Positions 50,949 through 63,660 of a stretch of 64,000 bases of DNA are shown one piece after another. The translations under genes were made by a program, and so were the position numbers. Source of the stretch: Chiloscyllium plagiosum (Eukaryota); contig NC_057757.1 in NCBI RefSeq assembly GCF_004010195.1, forward strand, positions 6,712,985-6,776,984. The letters run 5' to 3'. The notes below the pieces were generated by a model that worked only from the letters and a program-made list of their open reading frames with translations, was not told the DNA's origin and ran no database searches. Each line of letters starts with the position of its first letter. Within the stretch, counting starts at the first letter, position 1.

Positions 50949-52330
50949 TCAACGGATGGAAGGTTGGCTTGTGTGTATTACGGGGTTCAGTGGGGCACCA
51001 GGTATGAGGCTAAGCATCGTGTGAAGTGTTTCAGCTGCAGGGAATGTTTCTTTTATAACTATCACTGTATGGGCTTTATTTTTTTGCAGGCGGAGCAATC
51101 AGGTCTCAAAGATCTGTTCATTAGGTCACAAAACACCAATTACTTTAACATAATAATTTAAAGAGGCCTTGTGGCTGTTAGCGCTCAGTCTGAGGTCTGT
51201 GATGGCTGGCTCTACCTCAGCGCTTGTGATCCCAAAATCTCATCTAGTGACTCCATCGGGACTGACAGTCTGGGAAGTCCTCGCCTCAGCCACGTAGTGA
51301 CCATGAGATGGGCCATTTGGCCTATCAGGTCATTTTGTTTTATTCATTCACCAGATGAGGGCATCGCTGGCTGGGCTTTCATTTATTACCCATCCCTAAT
51401 TGCCCAGAAGGCAGTTAAGAGTCAACCGCATTGCTGTGGGTCTGGAATCCCATGTAGGCCAGACCAGGTAAGGAAGGCAGCTTCCTTTCCCTAAAGGGCA
51501 TTAGTGAACCAGATAAGTTTTTCCAACAATCGACAATGGATTCATGGTCATTAGACTCTTAATTCCAGAATTTTTTTTTACTGAATTCAAATTCCAACAC
51601 CTGCACAATCCGAACCCACATCCCCAGCACATTATCTGGGTCTCTGGATTAACAATTCAGTGATACTCCCACTAGGCCATTGCCTCCCCCTGACATCATG
51701 GCTAAACTGAGAATTATCAACTCCACTTTTCCCTCAATGCCCTTACTGATTTAACATTTGTCTAAATCAACCTTGAATGTACTTGAAGACCTGCTTTGAC
51801 AGCCCTGTGCAGTGAAGAATTCTGTAGAGTCACTACCCTATTCTAATCTATTCCAAGATGGCGGCAGTGGAGTAGGCAGCGTCCAGGCTCAGCTTTGCGT
51901 CTGCTACTATTTTTTCCTCCTTTTCTCGTTCTTCTCTTTTGTTTTTTAGCTTTTTAAAAAAAATCTACCTTCTGGAGAGAGCAGCAGGTACTGCATTGGA
52001 GCACTGCAGCAGCTGAGGGCCCGAAGCGAGGTGACCAGCAGTCCCGGAGGGAAGCGGAGCAGCCAGTGGGCTGGGAGCCCAGTGCGGTCAGTCTGTCATA
52101 GATGACAGTCAACGGCTTGGCAGCCAGGTTAGGGTCAGCCCAGCTCAGGAGATACAAGACTGTGTGTGGAAAGCCCCCAGTGTTTAGCGACTGCAGGCTA
52201 TAGAAAGACTGGTAATGTCTATCTTTTAACTTTATTTCTTCATTTTCCTAATTTATACTATGAAGAACTGTAATATAAAACTTTTCTCTTTGTTTCTCTA
52301 TTTTTGTATCTAATGTTTTAGTACCCAAGA

Positions 52331-53625
52331 AGGACTGATTAGGGATAGTCAACATGGCTTTATGCGTGGGAAATCATGTCTCACAAACTTGATTGAGTTT
52401 TTTGAAGAAGTAACAAAGAGGATTGATGAGGGCAGAGCGGTTGACGTGATCTATATGAACTTCAGTAAGGTGTTCGACAAGGTTCCCTGTGGGAAACTGG
52501 TTAACAAGGTTAGGTCTCATGGAATACAGGGAGAACTAGCCATTTGGATACAGAACTGGCTCAAAGGTAGAAGACAGAGGGTGGTGGTGGAGGGTTGTTT
52601 TCAGACTGGAGGCCTGTAACCAGTGGTGTGCCACAAGGATCGGTGCTGGATCCACTACTTTTCGTCATTTATACAAATGATTTGGATGTGAACTTAAGAC
52701 ATAAAGTTAATAAGTTTGCAGATGACACCAAAATTGGAGGTGTAGTGGACAGCAAAGAAGGTTACCTAATAGTACAATGAAATCTAGAACAGATGGGCCA
52801 ATGGGCTGAGGAGTGGCAAATAGAATTGAATTTAGATAAATGCGAGATGCTGCATTTTGGAAAAGCAAATCTTAGCAGGACTTATACACTTAATGGTAAG
52901 GTCTTAGGGAGTGTTGCTGAACAAAGAGACCTTGGAGTGCAGGTTCATAGCTCCTTGAAAGTGGAGTCGCAGATAGATAGGATAGTGAAGAAGGAGTTTG
53001 GTATGCTTTCCTTTATTGGTCAGAGTATTGAGGACAGGAATTGGGAGGTCATGTTACAGCTGTACAGGACATTGGTTAGGCCACTGTTAATATTACGTAC
53101 AATTCTCGTCACCTTCCTATCGGAATGATATTGTGAAATTTGAAAGGGTTCAGTAAAGTTTTACAAGGCTGTTACCAGGGTTGGAGGATTTGAGCTACAG
53201 GGAGAGGCTGAATAGGCTGGGTCTGTTTTCCCTGGAGCGTCGAAAGCTGAGAAGTGACCACATAGAGGTTTATAAAATCATGAGGGGAATAGATAGGATA
53301 AATAGACAAAGTCTTTTCCCTGGGGTGGAGGAGTCCAGCACTAGGGGGCATAGATTTAGGATGAGAGGGAAAAGATATAAAAGGAACCAAACAGGCAACA
53401 TTTTCACGCGGGGGCGGTGTGTATTGAATGAGATGCCGGAGGAAGTGGTGGAGGCTGGTACAATTACAGCATTTAAAAGGCATCTGGATGGGTATATGAA
53501 TAGGAAGGGGTTAGAGGAATATGGGCCAAGTGCTGGCAAATGGGACTAGATTAGGTTGGGATATCTGGTTGGCATGGAGTTGGACCGAAGGGTCTGTTTC
53601 CGTGCTGTACATCTCCATGATTCTA
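52331..53625 (+). mobile_element. Longest CR1/HER1 LINE copy (1.3 kb; RT domain plus C-terminus, frameshifted)
   Basis: HGFMRGKSCLTNLIEFFEEV, FSKVFDKVP, GVPQGSVL, KFADDTK motifs; degenerate ~27-bp flanking duplication tttgta...ttagtacc.aaga. Confidence 0.95.
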
Positions 53626-54186
53626 TTTGTAACTCGGTGCTTAGTACCTAAGATGGCGCCATCTGTGGCAACAGTGTACACTTTTCACTATACCTCCATA
53701 CTTTTGTCCTTGAGTACACATGACAATAAAATCTAATTCTAATTCTACTCTCTGAGACAAGAAATTCCTCCTCACCTCTGTCTTAAATGTCTGACCCCTT
53801 ATTCCGAGATTATGCCCTTTGGTCACTCACAAGGGGAAACAATCTCTCCATATCTACCTCTATCAAGACCCCTAATTATATATGTTAATCAGGTTGCCTC
53901 TCATTGTCCGAAATGTCAGTGAGTACAGGCGCAACTTTTCTCACCTCCCCTCACAAGAGAGTCCCTCCATTCCCCGGATCTACCTAGTGAACCCTCTCTG
54001 GACTATTTCCAGTGATGGCGTGTTATCCTTTTCTTTAAAAAGGCATCATCCCACACAGTGATACTCGTAAGATAAGGAACATGGAGTGAGAGATTGAACT
54101 TGAATCATTCCTCTCCATCATTATGTACCCTCTATTCTCATTTCAAATCTTCACTAAACTTGCAGTTTTAGTTACCACGTAATGGA

Positions 54187-54645
54187 CAGGGCAACCTCGA
54201 TTATCCGAACGACACAGGCAGGGATTATTTTGTTCGGATAACTGATTGTTCGGATAACTGACCGTACTCCCTTCACCCCTCGCTACATAATCCCTTCAGC
54301 ACGTCACTCGCACATTCCCGCCAGGCCCTCTGTGTGTTTGTGGGCTGTTTAAAGATCAGACTCTCGGTCAGGGCACTTGGCGTCGATCGGTGGTCAGCGG
54401 CTTGCGGGCAAGCTGTGTTGCGAGGAAGGGCAGGAGGGACGAACTGTTCTCCAGGTCCTCAACTCACCACAACTGTGGGCAGGCTGGGCAGTCATCAGTT
54501 AGGCCAATGTGGCCCCCATCACGCCGACTCCTCGCAGACATCCTCTCACAATCTCTCCTACCCTATTGATGAACGGGACCTTGAGATCTTGTTCGGATAA
54601 TCCAAAATTCGGATAATTGATGTTTGAATAATCGAGGTTGCACTG
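54187..54645. mobile_element. Non-autonomous Tc1/mariner (pogo/Tigger-type) MITE
   Basis: TIRs cagggcaacctcgattatccgaac / gtttgaataatcgaggttgcactg; TA at the right flank; repeated subterminal ttcggataa. Confidence 0.75.
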
Positions 54646-54692
54646 TACAAGGTTTTAATGTACAGAATCAACAGTTATTAGCATAACCGCAC

Positions 54693-54756
54693 CTTCAAAA
54701 TCTTTCATGGTCCTCTCTCTAAACCTCAGCTCTCTGAGGAGTTTGACTTGGTTCAT
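54693..54756 (-). CDS. Coding exon 1 (ATG-containing; whole exon 54693-54809) of an uncharacterised multi-exon gene: MNQVKLLRELRFRERTMKDFE
   Basis: Strong acceptor ctctttctttatttgcag; donor GAAG|gtgcgg; all three frames through the whole exon contain stops, so it works only as a start exon. Ends phase 1. The second ATG (ACC ATG, MKDFE) has the better Kozak context. Confidence 0.6.
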
Positions 54757-55694
54757 GTGAAGCTTTCAACTTTCTGTTAAACACTATCTTCTTTTTTGTA
54801 CATTTGTCCCTGCAAATAAAGAAAGAGTCTAAATTAACATCCTTCATTTGGCATAATTTTCTTAGGTACTATTCAAAACTATTTCAACAATTCCCAAGTT
54901 AATGATTTAAATTGACAACGCTATTCTACCTTTGGTACCCACTTTCCTGTCTGTTTTGTCTTTCCAATTCTATTGTGTAGTTCAGTCTCTCAGCTTCCTT
55001 TTTCACTTAGACATGTCATAAAAGAAACTTGTTCTTATGTCAGGCCTTTAAGGCAGTAATGTTTCATGGTAGCAATATCAGAATTTTATAGTGAGCACAT
55101 TAGGAGAGGTGAGGCAGATTCTTGGGACAATAGGATCATAGAGGTTGACAGCACAAAAAAAGGCCCTTCGGGACCACGCCAGTCAAAAATAATCACCTAT
55201 CTATTCTAATCTCATTTTCCAGCCCTTGGCGCACAGCCATTGTACGTGTATATTAAATACATCTTAAACGTGATAAGGGTTTGTGCCTCCGCCACTCTTA
55301 CAGGCAGTGAGTTCCAAACTTTCACCACCTTCTGATTGGAAAAACATTTCCTCACATCCCCTCTCAACCACCTGCCCCCTTACCTTAAACCTATGCCCCT
55401 TATCACTGATCCCCTCACCAAGGGAAAAGGTTGTTTCCAGTCTACAATATCTACAGGGGAGGAACATGGCACAGGATGTGGTCGGAGGACAAGTTGTAGG
55501 GGGTGTGCGTGCAGTCAAAAGTCTCACGGTGGGATCAAGGTCTAATGCTGAAGTGAATGTAGGCTGGGAAGGTCACAGGCAGATGTCCAGTCATGGAGTC
55601 TCCGAGCACCTGGAGGTAGGTGTGAAAGCATACCTCCTTAATCTACTGAGATTAACCAACACTAGAGAAATACGACTGTTTATTTTACAGCAGA

Positions 55695-56010
55695 TCACAG
55701 AGTCATAGAGGTGTACAGCATGGAAACAGACCCTTCGGTCCATCTCATCTATGCCAACCAGATATCCTAACCTAGTCTCATCCCATTTGCCAGCACTTAG
55801 CCCATATTCTTATAAACATTTCCTATTTATATACCCATCCAGGTGCCTTATAAATGCTGTAATTGTACCAGCCTCCACCACTTCCTCTGGCAGCTCATTC
55901 CATACACGCACCACCCTCTGTGTGAAAAAGTTGGCTCTTACGTCCCTTTCATATTTTTCCCCTCACCCTAAACCTATGCCCTCTAGTTCTCGACACCCCC
56001 ACCCCAGGGG
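55695..56010 (-). mobile_element. CR1/HER1 3' end
   Basis: Family match. Confidence 0.85.
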
Positions 56011-56297
56011 AAATAATAGCTGAACACCACTGAGCCTTGCATTGTCTTAATCCAAGTTGCGACACTCCTCTTTGGGATTGCAGTTAGATTTAGATTTTAG
56101 ATTTAGATTACTTACAGTGTGGAAACAGGCCCTTCGGCCCAACAATTCCACATTTCACCAGCGAGCTTCTGTTAGAGATGGCAGTGGCTGAGCTGGAGGT
56201 AGTTCTTCCACCTGACACAAACCTGCAACCGTTTTAAGTCAAAATTCAGCCCATTCCTTCTGCACATCCTCTGGCCAAATTATTCAGCTTACAATTA

Positions 56298-56630
56298 GAA
56301 TCATAGAATCTGACAGTGTGGAATCATGCCATTCAGCTTTCGAGTTCACACTGACCCTCCAAAGACTATCCCATCCCAGACCCAACCCCCTACCCTATCC
56401 CTGCATTTTCCCATGGGTAATCCACTTAGCCAGCACATCCCTAGATACTATGGGGCAGCTTAGCATGGTCAATCCACCCTAATCTGCACATCTTTGGACT
56501 GTGGGAGGAAACCAGAGCACTTGGCGGAATTCCATGCAGAGTCTGGGGAGAAAGTGCAAACCCGGTGGAATCAAACCCGGTTCCTGGTGCTGTGAGGCAG
56601 CAGTACTAAACACTGAGCCATAGTGCTGCC
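56298..56630 (-). mobile_element. HE1-type SINE
   Basis: Family match. Confidence 0.8.
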
Positions 56631-57519
56631 TACAATTAACTGATCTGATCTCATCCTAAATATTAATTACATGATTTTATACATGAGCTGCTTGTCATGA
56701 CATTTTTGAAAGGGAGGTTATACATCAGGGAAGTTTATTCAGCACAGAGAAACGCTTCAATGACTGATACATATTAAATGGTACGCTAGGTTTCTTACAG
56801 ATGCTTTAGCTTTCTGCTTTCATTACTGTGTCCATTAATCTGTGAGAACCCATAAATAATTGACCTTTATTTAACATAGATTCCTTTACTGTAAATTTAA
56901 TATTGCATTTGTTGTCGCAGGGTTGAGTTAGCTACGTAGGCCCAAAAGCTTCACATGTTGGCTCGGTCTTGCTGCTGTGGGGGTGGCAGGTCCAAACTCC
57001 TCCCTCCACCTCTTGCCACAGACTCAGATGATCAATAACTCCACTCCTTCCCCCCCCACACCCCCTTTCCACAGCCAGTCCCACTCCTAGCTATCACCAA
57101 CACCCTGCTAGATTTGAATAGTGACATCTAACCTTCGAAAAACAGAGAGGGTCAAACAGCCCGACAGAGCCAAAGTGTGCTACTGTAGCTTGGGAACACT
57201 GTCCACACACAAACTGCAGGACCTCCTGACCATAATAATATAATCCAACCTTCTGTTCCCAGGACAGGCTGAGCTCTTAAAGGGAGATTTTCCTGATACA
57301 AACACTGAGATATTCCTATGGGGCTATTCCAGTATAAACACTGACCTAAGGCTTTTGGGTTGAATATGTGCACACAGTACAGAGTTTCTCAACTGTTAGT
57401 TTGTAATACCACAATATCCCTAAAAAGGTATCACTAAATAATTCAAAATAATTTCTTGAATATTAAACTATGTTGATGGGACATTTACAAATCACATTAA
57501 CGCAAAGTACTGAAGCGGC

Positions 57520-58020
57520 AACTTTTACAGATGCACCATAGAAAGCACGCTGTCCATGTGCATGACAGCCTGGTACAGCAACTGCTCTGCCCAGGACCAG
57601 AGGAAACTACTGAAGGTGGTGTGCGCAGCCCAGACCATGACTAAAGCCAACTTCCCATCCACAGACTCCAACTACACTTCTCATTGCTGCAGAAAGGCTG
57701 TCAACATCATCAAAGACCCAGCGCACCTCAGTAATGCTCTCCTACAACCTCTTCCATCAGGCAGAAACAGAAGCTGGAATGGACACCAACAGCTTCTTCC
57801 CTGCCGTTATTAAACTGATGAATGGACTCTCTAACTTCAAATAACGTTTAATCTTGTTAATGTTGATCTTGCTTCGTGCCCCTCCTGTGCAGTGTAACCT
57901 GTATGCCTCGCTCTATCTAACACCCTCTGATCTGTATGTCCTTGCTTACCATGATATGCTCGTACTGCTCGCAAACAAAGCTTTTCACTTTCCTTAGGTA
58001 CAATAACTCAAATCAAATCA
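57520..58020 (+). mobile_element. Rex1/Babar-like LINE 3' fragment
   Basis: CMTAWYSNCSAQDQRKL...LQPLPSGR, same family as 26.1-27.0 kb. Confidence 0.8.
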
Positions 58021-58828
58021 AGAACAACAGTGGAATGAAAGGATTCCTTTTTACTAATTTCCTCATTCTCCTCTCTTCTTAAAATGTTGACAGTTCTCCA
58101 ACAATCAGTTAACTTCCCACACATAACCCTGTAGTTATAATAAAATGTCAGTCCTATAATACTCAAGGAGTTTGACATTATCCAGGACAAAGCATCCCAC
58201 CGGATTGGCATCACATCCACTCCCTCCACCATTGATGCTCAGTGTGTGCCATCTACAAAATGCACTGCCGAAATTCACCAAGGCTCCCTCGACAGCACTT
58301 TCCAAATCAGCAAACCCTACCACCTGGAAGGACAAAGGTACCAAACACCACCCCATCTGAGCCACATGATATCCTGGCTTAGAAACATATCGCTGTGCCT
58401 TCACTGTCGCTGGACTAGTATCATGGAATTCCCTTCCAAACAGCATTATGGAAGCATCTACACCAACTGGAGTGCAGCGACTTGAGAAGGTGGCTCACCA
58501 TCTTCTCAAGGGCAATCAGAGATGGGCAAAAAAACACTGGGCTTGATAACTATGTTCGCATCCTATAAACAAATAAAAATACAGTCACAGATGAAGTCGT
58601 GAAATTAATTCCCGTCGAGCCTTATATTAGACCATGCTTTTGTCATATTGAAATCCACACCTGTACACTTCGAACAATTTTACCGGAAACGGATCAGGAT
58701 TGATTAAATTTCTTGGCTGAAGTCCCAAGACAAATTGTTAATGCCCACCCTGCTACTAGTCCAGCTGAATGTAAAGTTATACACTTCAATGTGAAAAACA
58801 GAAAAGAATAGTATTCTTTTAACAATGA

Positions 58829-59027
58829 TTTGGGGATGCCGGTGTTGGACTGGGGTGTACAAATTTACAAATCCCACAATACCAGGTTATAGTCCAACAA
58901 ATTTAATTGGAAGCACTAGCTTTCGGATCGCCACTCCGAACAACCACCTGATGAAGGCACAGCGCTCTGAAAGCTAGTGCTTCCAAATAAACCTATTGGA
59001 CTATAACCTGGTGTTGTATGATTTGCA
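58829..59027. mobile_element. Palindromic Penelope-end insertion with hammerhead core
   Basis: Same family as the 2504 and 14951 copies; TSD tcttt(t/c)aacaatga. Confidence 0.8.
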
Positions 59028-60064
59028 TCTTTCAACAATGATATAATGGAAACATTGACATGTAAAGGGATCTAGGTGTCCTTGCACGCAAGTCAATGAA
59101 AGTAGACAGGAAGCAATATGAGGGAGGCACAAGGCCTTCTGTGCAAGAGGATTTGAATTCAGAAGTAGGGATGTCTTACTGCAGTTATTAAAGGCCTTGG
59201 TGAGACCACACCTGAAGTGTTGTATGCAGTTTTTGTCTCCCTACCAAAGGAGATAATGAGGACCGCAGATGCTGGACAGTCAGAGTTGAAAACTGTGGCG
59301 CCAGAAAAGCAGAACAGGTCAGGCAACATCCAAGGAACAGGAGAGTCGATGGGGTGGAAGGTGAGGACCAGAGCGGGGGGTCTATCCTTGTTGTGGTTGG
59401 ACTTCCAGGACATTCCAAATGGCCTCCTATTTCAGGGATTGCAATTTCCCGACTCACGTGATCATCAATGCTCTCTAGCGCATCTCCTCCATATCCCGCA
59501 CCTCCGCCCTCGAACTCCACCCCTCCAACCACAAGTATAGAACCCCCGGTCCTCACCTTCCACCCCACGAATGGCCCACTAGTGCACCTGCTCCTGTGCT
59601 AATATAGGTGGTCAACAAAGGCTCTAATTATTGACTTATAGCCTTGTTAAAGGCTACATCATGCCTTTAACATTGCAAATGTACCCAGGATGTGTCACTG
59701 GAACACAAATGCAAGGAGATATGTGAAGAAGTGACCAGAAACTTGGTCAAGGGTGTAGGTTACAAGGAGCATCTTAAAGCTTGAAGAGAGAATTCCAAAG
59801 CTCACGGCCAATGCAGCTGAAAGTGCTTCCACCGTCAGTGGGTCTGGTGGAAAAACTGAAATGCGGCACCTTGTGATCTGTGCCTCTCATCTATTCAGAG
59901 CCACTGGGAAAGCAGAACGATGATCTAACGTCGCCTGAGTTCGTAATCTCAGCCACACTATACCAACACAAAGGTTTGAATCAATTGTGGCAAAAGCAGA
60001 AAACGTGCTGCCTTTTAACCTCAGGCCGTGGGACAAAATATTTCTTCACCAGGGAGGAAACCAG

Positions 60065-60447
60065 AACATTGAGTTATAAAGAAAGGCTAGATAGGCTGGA
60101 ATTGTTTCCACTAGAGATTTATAAAACCATGAAGGGTATAGATACGGTTAACAGTAGGTGTCTTTTCCCCTAGGATGGGGGATTTCACGATTGGGGGCAT
60201 ATTTTTAAAATGATAGGAGAGATTTTTTTTTAAATGAGGGGATTTATTTTACACACTTGTGGAATGAATTTCCTGAAGAAGTGGTGAATGCAGGCAGAGT
60301 TACAACATTTAAAAGACATTTAGATAAGTACATGAATAGGAAAGGTTTGGAGGGATATGGGCCAAGTGCAGGCAGGTGGGACTGGTTTAGTTTAAAATTA
60401 TAGGCTGGTTGAACCAAAGGGTCTGTTCCTGTGCTGTATGACTCTGA
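60065..60447 (+). mobile_element. CR1 3' fragment
   Basis: LSYKERLDRLELF. Confidence 0.8.
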
Positions 60448-61044
60448 GAATTTATAACAAGCTGGAGTCCATCAGTAACTCATTCAATTGGAGAAAACAC
60501 TGTAGCCTATTAACTCCCGCCCTCTCATCTGCAGACACCACTGGAGCTGGGAGAATATTCAAGGATTTGGATTTTCATAAAAATTAAAACAAAAAAGATT
60601 ATACAACTGTGGTATTTACTCAATTGGTTATTACTAAGACCATTATTAAACCAAACTGCTTATCTTGAGTGTTCATTACAGTTTTAAGTGTGCTAATTAC
60701 CACAAGCTGCAAACATCATTAAGTGGAGCCACCATCAGTGAGGTACCTGAGATGCATAGCATTGAAAAGGGTACGACAAAATTGAATAGTTAATTGAAGG
60801 TGTTGGTGCTGGAGCTTAGGGTTAAACCCAATATACTGCAGTCTCCATTGCAATAATAACTAAACATTATCCAAAATGCCATAATGATTTCTCCTGCTCA
60901 GTATACTGCACAGTCTAAAGCTCTGCGAGGTATTTATCACACTACGCACTATAACATAATGACAGTTGTTCCTTCCAATAGCCACCCAAATATTAAAGTA
61001 ATTCCAAAGTTCAGACTATAACATAACAGAGCAGAAGTGTTACA

Positions 61045-61500
61045 TTCAATTCTGGTGGTCCTGCTGTAGGAGGGATGTTATTAAACTGGAAAGGGTGCAG
61101 AAAAGATTTACAAGATAGGCTGGGTATTTTTTCTTTGGAGAGTCAAAGGCTGAGGAGTGACCTTATATAGGGACATCATTAAGGTGATTAGTCAAGGTCT
61201 TCTCCTCAGGGTAGAGGAGTCCAAAACTAGAGACCATAGGTTTAAGGTAAGAGGGGAAAGATTTATAAGGGATCTGAGGGGCAACTTTTTCAAGTAAAGG
61301 GTGGTGCATGTATGGAATGAGCTGCCAGAGGAAGTGGTAGAAATGGGTATAATTGCAACACCTAGAAGGCATTTGTACAGATACATTGATAGGAAAGGTT
61401 TACAGGGACATGGGACAAACACAGGCAAATGGGAGTAGTTCATTTTAGGAAAACTGCTCAGCATGGACAAGTGGACCGAAGGGTCTGATTCCATGCTGCA
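61045..61500 (+). mobile_element. CR1 3' fragment
   Basis: Family match. Confidence 0.8.
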
Positions 61501-62025
61501 TAATTCTCAGCATTTTTCATACTAAGCATTTTCTATGGAGCCCTGGTCCTCACAGGATGAGAGTGACCACTGCACATACAAGAGTGAGTAGGAAGGCTTC
61601 TAAGAACTCCCACAGTCAGTCTGGAGTTTGAACATGCATTAGTGGCTTTATTCTGCACCTACATTCTAGTCAACTGACCTCTTGCTAAGCATGTGATAGC
61701 TTCTCTTTGTTTTAAGTCTGTGTTACATTATTTTTCAAAAGGCACTATAAATTGAGGGCATTATTTCACTAACCACAGTTAATTATCACACCAAGAAGAT
61801 CCAGGACCCGTTAATGAACGCAATTACCCCCCTATGCAACTGATCCTCATTTCCCAGGATTGTGGAGTGCCATCTAGCTCTAACCATACTGCCCAACAGC
61901 TAAGTGCTCCATGGAGGACCCTGTCCGTGGCTGTGAGTCTGGTTGCAGCTGATGCCCGTCAGGGCCAGGAAGCCACTCTCTGAGCGTGGAGGTACCAGAG
62001 CAATGGGCATGGCAAGTGAGAAAAA

Positions 62026-62525
62026 NNNNNNNNNNNNNNNNNNNNNNNNNNNNNNNNNNNNNNNNNNNNNNNNNNNNNNNNNNNNNNNNNNNNNNNNNNN
62101 NNNNNNNNNNNNNNNNNNNNNNNNNNNNNNNNNNNNNNNNNNNNNNNNNNNNNNNNNNNNNNNNNNNNNNNNNNNNNNNNNNNNNNNNNNNNNNNNNNNN
62201 NNNNNNNNNNNNNNNNNNNNNNNNNNNNNNNNNNNNNNNNNNNNNNNNNNNNNNNNNNNNNNNNNNNNNNNNNNNNNNNNNNNNNNNNNNNNNNNNNNNN
62301 NNNNNNNNNNNNNNNNNNNNNNNNNNNNNNNNNNNNNNNNNNNNNNNNNNNNNNNNNNNNNNNNNNNNNNNNNNNNNNNNNNNNNNNNNNNNNNNNNNNN
62401 NNNNNNNNNNNNNNNNNNNNNNNNNNNNNNNNNNNNNNNNNNNNNNNNNNNNNNNNNNNNNNNNNNNNNNNNNNNNNNNNNNNNNNNNNNNNNNNNNNNN
62501 NNNNNNNNNNNNNNNNNNNNNNNNN
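62026..62525. other. Assembly gap (500 N)
   Basis: Run of n. Confidence 1.
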
Positions 62526-63069
62526 TTTTTCTTTTCTGCTTCATAAAACCACAAACTGCAGCTCAACCCAGTTCTCCTGCCCCACCATACAAACTGGAGA
62601 ATGGGACACCTTTCTCAATAGTACAGGAGTACATTGCAAAGAATACAGGCAGGTCAGGTTAACACCAGGGCTGTGCACACTTGGAATAACCATCCCCATT
62701 TGGGGAAGGTGGGTCTGTTTAAGGAGAGTCAGTGTGGATTTCAAATTAAATAATGTGACTGTGCCTGATGAAAGAAAATAAATGATTGATGAAGGTACGG
62801 CTGTACCAAGTGTTTCATAAATTATTACCTGAGAGGCTGGATATAAACTGAAGCTATTGTAATAAATTGCAGAAGGACACCATGGAGAAAGACTGCATTC
62901 GGACAGAAACGTGCTGTGATCATAAATCACTGTAACTGGCAGCCAGCAGAGTGGAATCCATGTTGCTTTTATTGCAAGGCTAAGTATTTTATTCTTGTTT
63001 TATATATATTTATATATGAATGCATTTGACATTCAATACCGAGAAAAAATGTCACCATTTTCTTTGCGA

Positions 63070-63660
63070 AGAAAGTGAGGACTGCAGACGCTGGAGATCA
63101 GAGCTGAAAATGTGTTGCCTGAAAAGCGCAGCAGGTCAGGCAGCATCCAAGGANNNNNNNNNNNNNNNNNNNNNNNNNNNNNNNNNNNNNNNNNNNNNNN
63201 NNNNNNNNNNNNNNNNNNNNNNNNNNNNNNNNNNNNNNNNNNNNNNNNNNNNNNNNNNNNNNNNNNNNNNNNNNNNNNNNNNNNNNNNNNNNNNNNNNNN
63301 NNNNNNNNNNNNNNNNNNNNNNNNNNNNNNNNNNNNNNNNNNNNNNNNNNNNNNNNNNNNNNNNNNNNNNNNNNNNNNNNNNNNNNNNNNNNNNNNNNNN
63401 NNNNNNNNNNNNNNNNNNNGGGGAGGGGCGTTGGAAATGCGATAGGTGGAAGGAGGTTAAGGTGAGGGTGATAGACCAGAGTGGGGTTGGGGGCGGAGAG
63501 GTCAGGAAGAAGATTGCAGATTAGGAAGGTGGTGCTGAGTTCGAGGGTTGGGACTGAGAATAGGTGGGGGGAGAGGAAATGAGGAAACTGTAGAAATCTG
63601 AGTTCATCCCTTGTGGTTGGAGGGTTCCTAGGCGGAAGATGAGGCGCTCCTCCATCGCCA
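63070..63660 (-). mobile_element. Penelope 3' end spanning an assembly gap (N 63154-63419)
   Basis: pLTR end at 63070-63153; GIY-YIG C-terminus RLIFRLGTLQPQGMNSDF at about 63590-63650. Confidence 0.8.
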
